The notes beneath the pieces are model-generated. The model saw only the letters and a list, made by a program, of their open reading frames with translations. It was not told the DNA's origin and did not search any database. Below are positions 8,801-16,849 of a DNA stretch of 45,255 bases, piece after piece. The translations under genes and the position numbers were made by a program. Source of the stretch: Kiritimatiellia bacterium (GTDB lineage Bacteria > Verrucomicrobiota > Kiritimatiellia > RFP12 > UBA3636); the NCBI GenBank assembly GCA_017413145.1, contig JAFPUX010000366.1, forward strand, positions 1 to 45,255, written 5' to 3'. Each line of letters opens with the position of its first letter. The first letter of the stretch is position 1.

Positions 8801-9546
8801 GCTACCGCGCGGCGGGGTTCCTGCCGCAGGACTTCACGTCCCTGAACGACAAGTACGCGGAGAAGCAGGGCACGTCGCTCTTCAACAAGGGCCTCTGGCT
8901 CGGAACGCGCGGCAAAGGGGACGGAACCTCGTCCGTCAACCTGCGGCTCGGCTCGCAGGACCTCGTGCTCGTGGACACGATGCAGGAGGGCGTGACGTAC
9001 CTGTGCGTGGCGCGCATGGACATCGACGCCGACGGCGCGAACGAGACCGCGACCGGGTTCGCCGTGCCCGTGGACGACTACACGGCGCCGGCGTGGCCGG
9101 AGACGGTCCTGCGCGAGGACGTCATCGGCGCGAGCGCCCCGCTCGCGTGGTTCGGCGTCGTCGGCGGCTACAAGACGAGTGGCAAGTGCTTCTCGTTCGA
9201 CGAGCTCGCCGTGTCGACGATCCTCGCGGACGTCGTCCCCGTGCCCGGGACCGGTCCGGCCAAGCCCGTCTTCCGCGCCGCGGCCGACGGCGGCGCGCTC
9301 GCGCTGGACGGCGGATCGCTTTCGTTGAACCTCGTCGCGTGCGAGGCGGACTGCTGGTACGCGCCCTTCACCAACGCGACCGTCGCCGGTCCCTTCTACG
9401 CCGCCGCGGACGGCGTCCACCCCGCGGCCGACGGCACGCTCCAGCTCTCCGTCCCCGCGCGGGACGACGCCAAGTTCGTCGTCGTCGGCGCCTCCCTCGA
9501 ACCGATCCACGAGGGCGACGTCCTCGACCCCGCCCCGAATCCATGA
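5884..9546 (+). CDS. Secreted C10-family (streptopain/SpeB-like) cysteine peptidase fused to multiple beta-sandwich/lectin-like modules
   Basis: Signal peptide MRKTLPLLLLFPVLANA. C10 catalytic-type motifs: CGCVSTATSQLMRYWEYP (Cys) and GGHAILADGYG...HVNMGWAGEGDAWY (His). These are followed by a carboxypeptidase-regulatory-like fold (GRVLDQIGNPVAGADV...), a chitobiase/Fn3-associated-like domain (IRYTVDGSAPDESSPVYAGPI), an SVFYG module, a jelly roll, and the C-terminal domain shared with 2735..5539. Confidence 0.85.
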   Translation: MRKTLPLLLLFPVLANAAEVSVEDAANAARAWVDRGYAMGKLPAGRTVDGVDEVRDPATGAKLLVARFTGGGYVVLSSDDLVDPVIAFSETGTGLDLDEGNPFWALLRADIEAREAAAGVERGAGVAKRGAAAKASGTTAAQRKWADLLSRETGGGRAPALRATKAAAGRTSLSDVRVDSFVRSRWSQSNHAGTSIGEPCYNYYVTNRYVCGCVSTATSQLMRYWEYPTAAEPVVSTYYLCYVGNTPFLPRMFGGTYDWDNMPLDPRWVADITEEECQAIGKLTYDVGVAVGMQWKSTGSSAEVPSTVAALKADFHYASAHAVVYANSGSGAYSLASFKKGMIPNLDARCPCILSIQGSGGHAILADGYGYSDGDFFIHVNMGWAGEGDAWYNPPNIEEYTSIRAFVYNVFPRKTGSIASGRVLDQIGNPVAGADVALSDGQTAVSDANGVYAFIAPAGTYDITAAKDGFTAGLSVTLAETAGTPVKTNQTEHGHYNTGVGTNGNVCDNDILLADMPATAKPVFSPGSCAFHPATNVAISCADASATIRYTVDGSAPDESSPVYAGPIRVDDTVTLKARAFAPGCNASAVAVADYVYDPGDGPPKGDNFDDPIEIRGASGTYVVADNEAYTIEDGEPVHVVVDGTPKPQLRSIWYRWTAPATGRVLFRTYCRNGNSAYWTNIAAYRGDTLATAEKIAFSTTYDANFAQLLPLDVVQGDTYRFVGMINSTNPAAAFGTFTLRWDDEFPTGGDPTPVLGSCTAAVDGTNVAFSVALRKIEAPAAVSVFYGLDESHLTELSLGTANASGTLTATATGLANGTYVWYARAVSEVDGVPYAAESARKTFTVNWVPPPEGMLVADGFSADDYTAGTKLQNSTGGDTTGFTSARPWSAKTVTGVLFVNDDGLSLPAGWDAARYPSGGYSIGLKNSGTTTTSDIRGACRQLADGAFPTSGTIYYRILLRHGTGAGHCPTNCYRAAGFLPQDFTSLNDKYAEKQGTSLFNKGLWLGTRGKGDGTSSVNLRLGSQDLVLVDTMQEGVTYLCVARMDIDADGANETATGFAVPVDDYTAPAWPETVLREDVIGASAPLAWFGVVGGYKTSGKCFSFDELAVSTILADVVPVPGTGPAKPVFRAAADGGALALDGGSLSLNLVACEADCWYAPFTNATVAGPFYAAADGVHPAADGTLQLSVPARDDAKFVVVGASLEPIHEGDVLDPAPNP

Positions 9547-10427
9547 ACACGACGATGACTACGACGACCAACGGCGAGCCGAGGCTCGGCTTCTGCTCCT
9601 GGCTGCTGCGCGGGCGGAGCCTGCCCGACGCAATCGCCTTCCTGGCGGAGGCGGGGTACCGCTCCATCGCGTTCCTGCAGGACGTGATGGGCGTCCAGGG
9701 GAGCGAGCGCGAGGAGGCCGCGGCGGCGATTCGCGAGCTCGGCTTCTCGATCACCTACCACGGGTGCGTGCAGTGGTGGGTGGGCCAGGACCAGCGCATC
9801 GACGATGCGAAGCTTCAGGCCATGTTCGAGGACGTCCGCTGGTGGCACGAGCACGCGGGCGGGGTCGTGTCGTGCTGCTCGGACCGCGTCGCCGGCCCGA
9901 CCGCGGAAGGGCCCAACCGCCGCTACCTCGAAGGCGAGACGCGCCGTCTCGCGCAATGCGAGCGCGACTTCTTCGAGCCGCTCGGCATCGGCTACGGCAT
10001 CGAGAACTGCTTCCACCGCTACTGCTTCCACGAGGAAATGCAGGGGCTCAGGGACTCGGTCCGCGGCCCGGCGCCGCATCTCGGCTCGATCCTCGACGTC
10101 GGCCACGCGTACGTCCACGTGAGCACCGACCGGACGGACGGCATGTCCTTCGAGGAGTACGTTGACCGCATCCCGGTCCGCATCTGGGAGCTGCACATCA
10201 CGGACAACCACGGATCGTCCGACGAGCACCTCGCCCCCGGCGAGGGCACGCTCGACTTCCGCGCGCTGCGCCGCGCGATGGACCGCCGCGGCTTCGACGG
10301 CCCGATCTCGATGGAGGTCTGCAAGGACGCCGCGCACCGCGACAACTGCTTCGACCTCACGGACCCCGCGCACCGCGACCGGATCCGGCGCATGCGCGAC
10401 GACTTCCTCCGCCTCTACGTGCCCTGA
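9543..10427 (+). CDS. Sugar-phosphate isomerase/epimerase-like protein (xylose-isomerase-like TIM barrel), copy 1
   Basis: ATG 9543 overlaps the upstream stop (ATGA). Hallmarks: GIENCF, LDVGHAYVH, WELHITDNHGSSDEHLAPGEGTLDF. It differs at 22 of 282 alignable residues (hand count) from the paralogue at 37625..38497(-). The long N-terminal part of track ORF 5976..10427 is an off-frame artefact. Confidence 0.85.
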   Translation: MNTTMTTTTNGEPRLGFCSWLLRGRSLPDAIAFLAEAGYRSIAFLQDVMGVQGSEREEAAAAIRELGFSITYHGCVQWWVGQDQRIDDAKLQAMFEDVRWWHEHAGGVVSCCSDRVAGPTAEGPNRRYLEGETRRLAQCERDFFEPLGIGYGIENCFHRYCFHEEMQGLRDSVRGPAPHLGSILDVGHAYVHVSTDRTDGMSFEEYVDRIPVRIWELHITDNHGSSDEHLAPGEGTLDFRALRRAMDRRGFDGPISMEVCKDAAHRDNCFDLTDPAHRDRIRRMRDDFLRLYVP

Positions 10428-10431
10428 AGCG

Positions 10432-11964
10432 ATGAACGTCCCGAACCCCGATGCCGTCGAGCTCGCGCCGCTGCCGGCGCCGGCCGACTTCGAAAGCGAC
10501 ATGGACCGCCCCGTCCCGTTCGACGCGGGGACGGCGGTTCTCGTGGACTGCCCCGATCCCGCCGCCGCGCCTTGGCTCGCGCACCATTTCGCCGACTGGT
10601 TCGGCGACCAGGCGCCGAAGGTGTCGCCCAATGTTGCCAATGTGGAAATATTGCCGATTCCAATTGCCAATTCCCAATCGGAAACATTGAATACTGGCAA
10701 CACTGGCAACATTGGCAACACTGGCAACACTGGCTCGGACGAAGCCTACGCCGTCTCCGCCGACGCCTCCGGCGTCCGGATCTCGGCCCGCTCCCTCGCG
10801 GGCGTCCGCTGGGCCGCCTATTCGCTGCGCCAGCTCGCGATCGCCCGGCGCGGGACGTTCCGCACCGACGGGCGCGTGCTGCCGACGCTGCGCATCTCCG
10901 ACGCCCCGCGCCTCCCGTTCCGCGCCGTGCACCTGTGCTGGTTTCCCGACACGCGACCCGCGCAGATCGAGCGCGCGATCCGCCTCGCGGCGCTACTGAA
11001 GTTCAACGCAGCGATTCTCGAGCCGTGGGGGACGTTCCGCAGCGCGCGGCATCCGTGGTTCGGGTGGCCGGACGCCCCCGCCACGCCGGAGGAGCTCGCC
11101 CGCCTCGCCGCGATCGGACGCGACCTGGGCGTCGCGCTCGTGCCGCAGCTCAATGTCCTCGGCCACGCCTCCTCGTCGCGCTCGTGCTCGCTCAAGCACG
11201 CGGCGCTCGACCTGCACCCCGAGTACGAGCCGCTCTTCGAACCGGGCGGCTGGAACTGGTGCCTCTCCAATCCCGAGGCGCGGCGCGTCCTGCGCGAGCT
11301 CGTGGGCGAGCTGCACGAGGCCTGCGGGCGCCCGCCGTTCTTCCACCTCGGCTGCGACGAGGCGCAGCCGCCGTCCTGCCCCGAGTGCCGCCGGCGCCCC
11401 TACGCGGAACTCGTGGGCGAGCACATCGCGGAGCTCGCCGCCTTCGTGCGCGAGCGCGGCGCCCGGGCGATGGTCTGGCACGACATGCTCCTCGACCGGG
11501 ACGATCCGCGCTGGGCGGGATTCATCGCTTGCGGATCGCCGGAGACCGCGAAGCTGGCGGACGCGCTGCCGCGGGACGTCGTGATCTGCGACTGGCAGTA
11601 CGGCAACCCCGACCCCGCGCGCCCGCGCGACGACTGGCCGACGTTCGCGCACTTCCTCGGGAAGGGCTTCGACGTGGCGGGGTGCCCGTGGCTCAACTTC
11701 GGCGCCATGGAGCCGATGGCGGACTTCCTCGCGTCGCACGGCGGCCTCGGCCTCGTCGCCACCACCTGGCACCATCTGCACGGCACGGACTGGCGGGATG
11801 CGTTCCGCACCGCCGCCTGCGCCGCGTGGGGGACGCCGCCCCCGCCCGTCGCGCCGCAGTTCGACACCGCCTTCGCGGCCGTCCTGCGCCTCGCCGGCCT
11901 CGACGCAGGCGTCTGCGACTACCGCGACACCGGCCTCGACGAGGAGCAGGTCCACGCGCCATGA
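10432..11964 (+). CDS. GH20-like beta-N-acetylhexosaminidase family protein (cytoplasmic; carries an atypical low-GC insertion)
   Basis: ATG 10432 lies 4 nt after the previous stop. GH20b-type N-domain: EAYAVSADASGVRISARSLAGVRWAAYSLRQL. Further motifs: ISDAPRLPFRAVHLC and catalytic-type HLGCDEA. No signal peptide. Confidence 0.75.
   Translation: MNVPNPDAVELAPLPAPADFESDMDRPVPFDAGTAVLVDCPDPAAAPWLAHHFADWFGDQAPKVSPNVANVEILPIPIANSQSETLNTGNTGNIGNTGNTGSDEAYAVSADASGVRISARSLAGVRWAAYSLRQLAIARRGTFRTDGRVLPTLRISDAPRLPFRAVHLCWFPDTRPAQIERAIRLAALLKFNAAILEPWGTFRSARHPWFGWPDAPATPEELARLAAIGRDLGVALVPQLNVLGHASSSRSCSLKHAALDLHPEYEPLFEPGGWNWCLSNPEARRVLRELVGELHEACGRPPFFHLGCDEAQPPSCPECRRRPYAELVGEHIAELAAFVRERGARAMVWHDMLLDRDDPRWAGFIACGSPETAKLADALPRDVVICDWQYGNPDPARPRDDWPTFAHFLGKGFDVAGCPWLNFGAMEPMADFLASHGGLGLVATTWHHLHGTDWRDAFRTAACAAWGTPPPPVAPQFDTAFAAVLRLAGLDAGVCDYRDTGLDEEQVHAP
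10627..10734 (+). repeat. Low-GC in-frame insertion with TTGCC/GGCAA inverted arms and 4.5 tandem copies of TGGCAACAY
   Basis: It encodes PNVANVEILPIPIANSQSETLNTGNTGNIGNTGNTG using mostly A/T-ending codons. Left arm: GTTGCCAAT, ATTGCCGAT, ATTGCCAAT (10633-10671). Right arm: TGGCAACAC, TGGCAACAT, TGGCAACAC, TGGCAACAC, TGGC (10695-10734). The 12-nt string TGTTGCCAATGT has its exact reverse complement in the right arm. Confidence 0.8.
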
Positions 11965-13184
11965 GACGCATCACCTTCCTCGGCGACGCGCTCTGCAACC
12001 CGCCCATGCTCGAGGGGCATGAGACGGACGGCGGCCACGACTTCCGCCCCGTCTTCGCGCCGCTGCGCGACCTGTTCGCGCAATCGGACCTCGTCGTCGC
12101 CAACCTCGAGACGCCCCTCTCCCCGGACGGCGCCGACCTCACGTACGAGAAGTGGCGCTTCAACTCGCCGCGCGCCTACGCCGAGGCGCTGCAGTGGGCC
12201 GGCGTCGGGTTCGTCACCACCGCCAACAACCACTGCCTCGACCGCGGCACGGCCGGCGTCGCCGCGACGGTGCGCGTCCTGGACGAGATCGGCCTGCCGC
12301 ACACCGGCACGTTCGCCGATCCCGTCGCGGCGGAACGCCCCGCGATTGCGGAGGCCGGCGGCTTCCGCCTCGGCCTCCTCTCCTACACCTACGGCACCAA
12401 CGCGTTCTCGAACCGCGAGTACCTGCGGCCCGAGGAGTCGTTCATGGTGAACCTCCTCCAGGAGCAGGAGCTCTCCGAGCCGCTCGCCCGCGCCTGGTTC
12501 GACGATCCGAAGTCCCCCGACGGCCTCGCCTACGAGGCGATGGAGCGCAACCGCTGGGCGGAGAACCTGACGCTTCCCGTCTACGAACGGATCGAGCCGC
12601 ACGAGGTGCGGCTCGCGCGCCTCGCCGACGACATCGCGCGCCTGCGGGCCGCGGGGCCGGACCTCGTCGCGTTCGGCATGCACGCCGGCGGGCAGAACAA
12701 CCCGGCCGCGACGCCTCGGACGAAGTCCCTCGCCGCGTTCGCGCTCGCGCACGGCGTCGACCTCGTCGTCGGCAACCACGAGCACGTCGTCCACGGCGGC
12801 GACTTCTCGCGCCTCGCCGAGGGCCGGCTCGCCGCGTACTGCCTCGGCGACCTGGTGAGCACCGCCTTCCTGTGGGCGGACATCCCGGGCTTCGACGCAC
12901 CGCCGCCCCGCGTCGCGTTCTCCGTCGCGTGGCACGTCGACCTCGAGCGCGCCCCGGACGGCGCCGCGCGCGTGGCTGGGTCGTCCTTCACGGTCCTCGT
13001 GCGGCGCAAGGGGGCGCGCTGCGGGCAGATCGTCGTGCACCCCGCCGCCGAGCTCTGGCGCTCGCTCCCCGCCGGCGCGGAGAAGGACGCCCTCGCCGCC
13101 GACATCCGCGGCACCGCGGCGACCTTCGCCGGCCGTCCCTTCGACGATGCGCCGATCTCGGACGAATACCCGGTCCGCGAATAA
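11961..13184 (+). CDS. CapA-family (PGA_cap, metallophosphatase-fold) protein, copy 1
   Basis: ATGA overlap with the GH20 stop. Motifs: FLGDA, ANNHCLDRGTAG, GNHEHVVHGG. A paralogue lies at 38822..40057. Confidence 0.8.
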   Translation: MRRITFLGDALCNPPMLEGHETDGGHDFRPVFAPLRDLFAQSDLVVANLETPLSPDGADLTYEKWRFNSPRAYAEALQWAGVGFVTTANNHCLDRGTAGVAATVRVLDEIGLPHTGTFADPVAAERPAIAEAGGFRLGLLSYTYGTNAFSNREYLRPEESFMVNLLQEQELSEPLARAWFDDPKSPDGLAYEAMERNRWAENLTLPVYERIEPHEVRLARLADDIARLRAAGPDLVAFGMHAGGQNNPAATPRTKSLAAFALAHGVDLVVGNHEHVVHGGDFSRLAEGRLAAYCLGDLVSTAFLWADIPGFDAPPPRVAFSVAWHVDLERAPDGAARVAGSSFTVLVRRKGARCGQIVVHPAAELWRSLPAGAEKDALAADIRGTAATFAGRPFDDAPISDEYPVRE

Positions 13185-13204
13185 CCGCCGCTCCGCATCA
13201 GCCC

Positions 13205-14416
13205 ATGCCGTACTGGAAACGCAACCTTGCGTTGCTGTGGGTCTCGCAGCTGTTCGTGATGGTGGGCTTCGCCTCGACGATGCCCTTCATCCCGCTCTTC
13301 ATTTCCGACCATCTCGGCATCTCCGAGCCGGGGCCGCGCGGCGCGGTCGTGGCGGCGTTCAGCTTCGCCGCCACGCTCGGATACGGGATCTTCAACCCCG
13401 TCTGGGGCGCGCTCTCCGACCGCGTCGGGGTGAAGCCCATGCTCCTGCGCGGCACCTTCCTCGCGGGGCTCGTGTTCCCGCTCATGGCGTGGGCGTCCTC
13501 GTCGTGGGAGCTCGTCGCGATCCGCTTCGTCTCCGCCGCGCTGGCGGGGACGACGGCCGCCTCGCAGATCCTGATCGTGAAGAATACGCCAGAGGAGCGC
13601 CAGGGCTTCGCCCTCGGCTTCCTCGGAACCGCCTTCTGGGCCGGGACGATGCCCGGCAACGTCCTCGGCGGCTACGCCGTCGTGCACTACGGGTACAAGG
13701 TCGCGTTCTTCGTCTGCACCGCCGGCTACCTCCTCGGCGGGGTCGCCGTCCTCTTCTGCCGGGAGGACCGCGCCCGCCCCGATCCCGCCGCGCGCATCCG
13801 CCGGACGACGACGCGCGGCGCGTTCACACGGCCCGTGCTGGCCGTGATGGCGCTCATCCTCGCCTACAGCTTCGTGCGCTACTTCGAGCTGCCCTACGTC
13901 GCGATGCGCGTCGAGGAGATCGTCGGGCACGACGAGGCCGCGCACTGGACCGCGCTCGCCAACGCCTTCATCGCCGTCGGCGCGTTCGCGTCCGGCTTCC
14001 TCGTCGGGCGGCTGGCCGACCGCTTCCGCCCCGCGTCGCTGCTCCTCCCCGCGCTCGCCTTCACCGGCGCGATGCTCCTCGTCCAGGCGCTCTCCGGCGA
14101 CATTGTCGCGTTCTGCGCCTCGCGGACGGCGCTCTACCTCGTCGGCGGCGGCCTCGGCGCGGTCCTGCAGAAGATGCTCTCGCGCCTCACGCCGGCCGAG
14201 GACCGGGGAACCGTCTTCGGCGTCCAGTCGACCGCCCACGTGATCGGAATCATGCTCTCCACGGGCGCGAGCGGCGCGCTCATCTACCGGCTGGGCGCCT
14301 CCCCCGCGACGGCGGACTGGGGCGTCCGCGGAATGTTCCTCGCCGCCGCCGCGCTCTCCTTCCTCTTCCTTCCCGCGTGCTGGGCGATGGTCCGCAGGCG
14401 GTCCGCCACGACATAG
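13205..14416 (+). CDS. MFS transporter
   Basis: About 12 hydrophobic segments. MFS motif-A-like loops: GALSDRVGVKPMLLRG and GRLADRFRP. High GC3. Confidence 0.85.
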   Translation: MPYWKRNLALLWVSQLFVMVGFASTMPFIPLFISDHLGISEPGPRGAVVAAFSFAATLGYGIFNPVWGALSDRVGVKPMLLRGTFLAGLVFPLMAWASSSWELVAIRFVSAALAGTTAASQILIVKNTPEERQGFALGFLGTAFWAGTMPGNVLGGYAVVHYGYKVAFFVCTAGYLLGGVAVLFCREDRARPDPAARIRRTTTRGAFTRPVLAVMALILAYSFVRYFELPYVAMRVEEIVGHDEAAHWTALANAFIAVGAFASGFLVGRLADRFRPASLLLPALAFTGAMLLVQALSGDIVAFCASRTALYLVGGGLGAVLQKMLSRLTPAEDRGTVFGVQSTAHVIGIMLSTGASGALIYRLGASPATADWGVRGMFLAAAALSFLFLPACWAMVRRRSATT

Positions 14417-14441
14417 CATCGATTAAAACAAGGAGCATCAC

Positions 14442-16493
14442 ATGAAACGCCACCCATCCGCCTTCGCGGCGCCCGTCGCCGCCGCGCTTCTCGCGATCCC
14501 CGCGAGCGGCGAAGTCCCCGCGCCGCCAGAAAGCCTGCAGCTCTTCCCGGCGGAGGGCACGACGGTGGAGCCGAACGACGGCGGGACCGTGCGGACGGAG
14601 GGCGATGTCGCCGTCGTCGACATCGCGCCCGGGCACGACTGGGGCGGCGTCCGGTTCGTGTTCGCGGAGCCGTTCGTCCTGAACGCCTACGAAACCGTCT
14701 CGGTCGAAGTCTCGAACCGGACCGACCGCGCGCTGGACTTCGCCTTCTACGGAATCCACCGGGGGTTCTTCACGTGGCATGCGTCACGGCGCTTCCGCCT
14801 CGGGCCGCACGAGGGCCAGGTCGTCACGGCCCCGCACCCCCGCAAGTGCTACGCCCTGGCGCGCGGGAGCCGCGAGATCGACGGCATGATCGGCTACGAC
14901 TCCAAGAACTTCTTCCACAGCTTCGACACGAGCGGGGCCATCGATCACTACGTCGTGTGCTGCTACAGCCGGAAGGAGCCCGCCCGATTCGACGTGAAGG
15001 CGATCCGCGCCGACGGCGGGCGGCCGGGCTTCACGCTGGACGTGGACGACGCGTTCTTCCCGTTCGTGGACGAGTTCGGCCAGTACGCGCACGCGGACTG
15101 GCCGGGCAAGGTGCACTCGCTCGAGGAGCTGAAGGCGGCGGCGGAGGCGGAGGACGAGGCGCTGGGCGCCGACCCCGTGTCGCCGATCCCGGGCGCGGAC
15201 CGCTTCGGCGGCTGGGGCGCCGGCCCGCAGCTCGAGGCGACCGGGATGTTCCGCACGGAGAAGCGCAATGGCCGCTGGTGGCTCGTCGACCCCGACGGGC
15301 ACCTCTTCTTCTCGCTGGGCTGCAACTACGTCCGGCTCCAGTGCCGCACGCCCGTACTCCGGCGCGAGCGGTTCTTCTCTTGGCTTCCGGCGCGCGACGA
15401 CCCGCCCTTCGCCGACTGCTGGAAGGACGGAAAGCTCAACTGGCTCGGCGATTCGCTCTACAAGGGCGCGGGGGCCGTCCCGCAGTTCGACTTCGCGATG
15501 GCGAACCAGAAGCGTCTCTACGGCGCGGACTGGAAGAAGGCCTACGTCGACCGCCAGCACCGCCGCATGCGATCGTGGGGATTCACGTCGATGGGCAACT
15601 GGTCCGACCCCGAGATCATGGCCGCGAGCCGCACGCCCTACGTGGACAACTTCAACCTCGACGGCGTGCGCAAGCTCGAGGGCGACAAGAACGGCGTCTG
15701 GCGCAAGTTCCCCGACGTGTTCGATCCCGACTTCGCCTCCAACGTGGTGGCGTGCGCGCTCAAGACCCGCACGCCCAAGTCGCGCACCGATCCGTGGTGC
15801 ATCGGGTGGTTCGTGGAGAACGAGCTGCACTGGGGGCGCGGCAACAGGACCGACGACATGATCGACGCCGTCGTCGGCTCCCCCGACGACCAGCCGGCCA
15901 AGGTCGAATACCTGCGCCGCCTCCGGGCCGCCCACGGCGAGGACGCGACGTTCGAAAGCGCCACCGCGGAGGACCGCGAGGCGTTCGCCGCCGAGATCGC
16001 CGAGCGCTACTTCTCGACGGTCAAGGCGGCCATCGGGCAGGTCGCGCCCGGGCGCCTCTACCTGGGCTGCCGCTTCCACAACAGCTACCCGGCCGCCCTT
16101 CGCGCCGCGGCGAAGTACTGCGACGTCGTGAGCTTCAACTGCTACAAGGACCTTCCCGAGATTCCGCGCTTCCCGGCCGACGCCGTCGACAAGCCGACGA
16201 TCATCGGCGAGTTCCACTTCGGCTCGCTGGACCGCGGCGCGATGCACGCGGGGCTCGTCCCGTGCCGCGACATGGCCGACCGAGCCGCGCACTACAAGGC
16301 ATACGTCCGCGCGGCGCTCAAGGACCCGAACCTCGTCGGCGTGCATTGGTTCTTCTGGTGCGACATGCCGCTCACCGGCTGGATGGACGGCGAGGACTAC
16401 ATGACCGGCATCCTCACGGTCACGGACACGCCGCACCCCGAGATGGTCGAGGCGACCCGCGAGCTCGCCCGCGAACTCTACGCCGCCCCGTAG
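14442..16493 (+). CDS. Secreted glycoside hydrolase, (beta/alpha)8 clan-GH-A-like, family not assignable by eye; copy 1
   Basis: SD AAGGAG at 14430-14435. Signal peptide present. An N-terminal beta-sandwich is followed by a barrel with an NE motif (WFVENELHW) and a second conserved Glu (IIGEFHFGS). A paralogue lies at 31857..33878. Confidence 0.7.
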   Translation: MKRHPSAFAAPVAAALLAIPASGEVPAPPESLQLFPAEGTTVEPNDGGTVRTEGDVAVVDIAPGHDWGGVRFVFAEPFVLNAYETVSVEVSNRTDRALDFAFYGIHRGFFTWHASRRFRLGPHEGQVVTAPHPRKCYALARGSREIDGMIGYDSKNFFHSFDTSGAIDHYVVCCYSRKEPARFDVKAIRADGGRPGFTLDVDDAFFPFVDEFGQYAHADWPGKVHSLEELKAAAEAEDEALGADPVSPIPGADRFGGWGAGPQLEATGMFRTEKRNGRWWLVDPDGHLFFSLGCNYVRLQCRTPVLRRERFFSWLPARDDPPFADCWKDGKLNWLGDSLYKGAGAVPQFDFAMANQKRLYGADWKKAYVDRQHRRMRSWGFTSMGNWSDPEIMAASRTPYVDNFNLDGVRKLEGDKNGVWRKFPDVFDPDFASNVVACALKTRTPKSRTDPWCIGWFVENELHWGRGNRTDDMIDAVVGSPDDQPAKVEYLRRLRAAHGEDATFESATAEDREAFAAEIAERYFSTVKAAIGQVAPGRLYLGCRFHNSYPAALRAAAKYCDVVSFNCYKDLPEIPRFPADAVDKPTIIGEFHFGSLDRGAMHAGLVPCRDMADRAAHYKAYVRAALKDPNLVGVHWFFWCDMPLTGWMDGEDYMTGILTVTDTPHPEMVEATRELARELYAAP

Positions 16494-16557
16494 CCGCAAC
16501 GCCTGCCGCGGCGACGGGCTTGTCCGCGCCGCGCGCCCGCCGTACCGCAAAACGTTC

Positions 16558-16587
16558 TTGACATCAAAGCATCTAATTGAATATGAT
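16558..16587 (+). promoter_or_regulatory. vapBC promoter (likely leaderless transcript)
   Basis: TTGACA (16558-16563), an 18-nt AT-rich spacer, then TATGAT (16582-16587). The ATG at 16595 lies 7 nt downstream and no SD is present. Confidence 0.5.
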
Positions 16588-16594
16588 TCCGCAC

Positions 16595-16849
16595 ATGCGC
16601 ACCACACTCACACTTGATGACGACGTATTCCTCCTCCTGGGCCGCCGCCAGAGCGAAAGCGGAGAAACGTTCAAGGATCTTGTCAACGGGCTGCTTCGGT
16701 CCGTGCTGACGCGCAAGGACGCCGGCGTCCGGGCGAAGCCCGCGCCGCGCGTGGAGACCCGGGTGTTCCACGGAGGCACGCTACTGCTGGGAGACGTGGC
16801 GAGCACCTCCGAGCTCCTCGCCCTCGCCGAAGGGGAGGACTACCGATGA
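16595..16849 (+). CDS. vapB: Type II antitoxin, VapB-like
   Basis: The N-terminus MRTTLTLDDDV is typical of VapB/DUF2191-type antitoxins. The start is placed at ATG 16595 because the track start (TTG 16577) and ATG 16583 fall inside the promoter. The stop overlaps the vapC start (ATGA). Confidence 0.75.
   Translation: MRTTLTLDDDVFLLLGRRQSESGETFKDLVNGLLRSVLTRKDAGVRAKPAPRVETRVFHGGTLLLGDVASTSELLALAEGEDYR

Noticed and set aside
9262-9546. Diversity-generating retroelement (template/variable repeat pair), suggested by the 285-nt repeat at the 3' ends of two genes.
   Set aside because: Mismatches between the copies are not adenine-specific (many G/C exchanges). No reverse transcriptase or accessory gene is present. 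Both copies are coding C-termini.
10641-10734. Sigma-54 promoter (TGGCAC-N5-TTGC) or DnaA-box/iteron origin within the TGGCAACAY / TTGCC repeat block.
   Set aside because: The GG-to-GC spacing does not fit the -24/-12 rule in any register. The nonamer does not match the DnaA box TTATCCACA. The block is inside an uninterrupted ORF.
16577-16594. Upstream start codons for vapB (TTG 16577, ATG 16583) as given by the ORF track.
   Set aside because: They fall between and inside the predicted -35/-10 elements. The canonical antitoxin N-terminus MRTTLTLDDD begins at ATG 16595.
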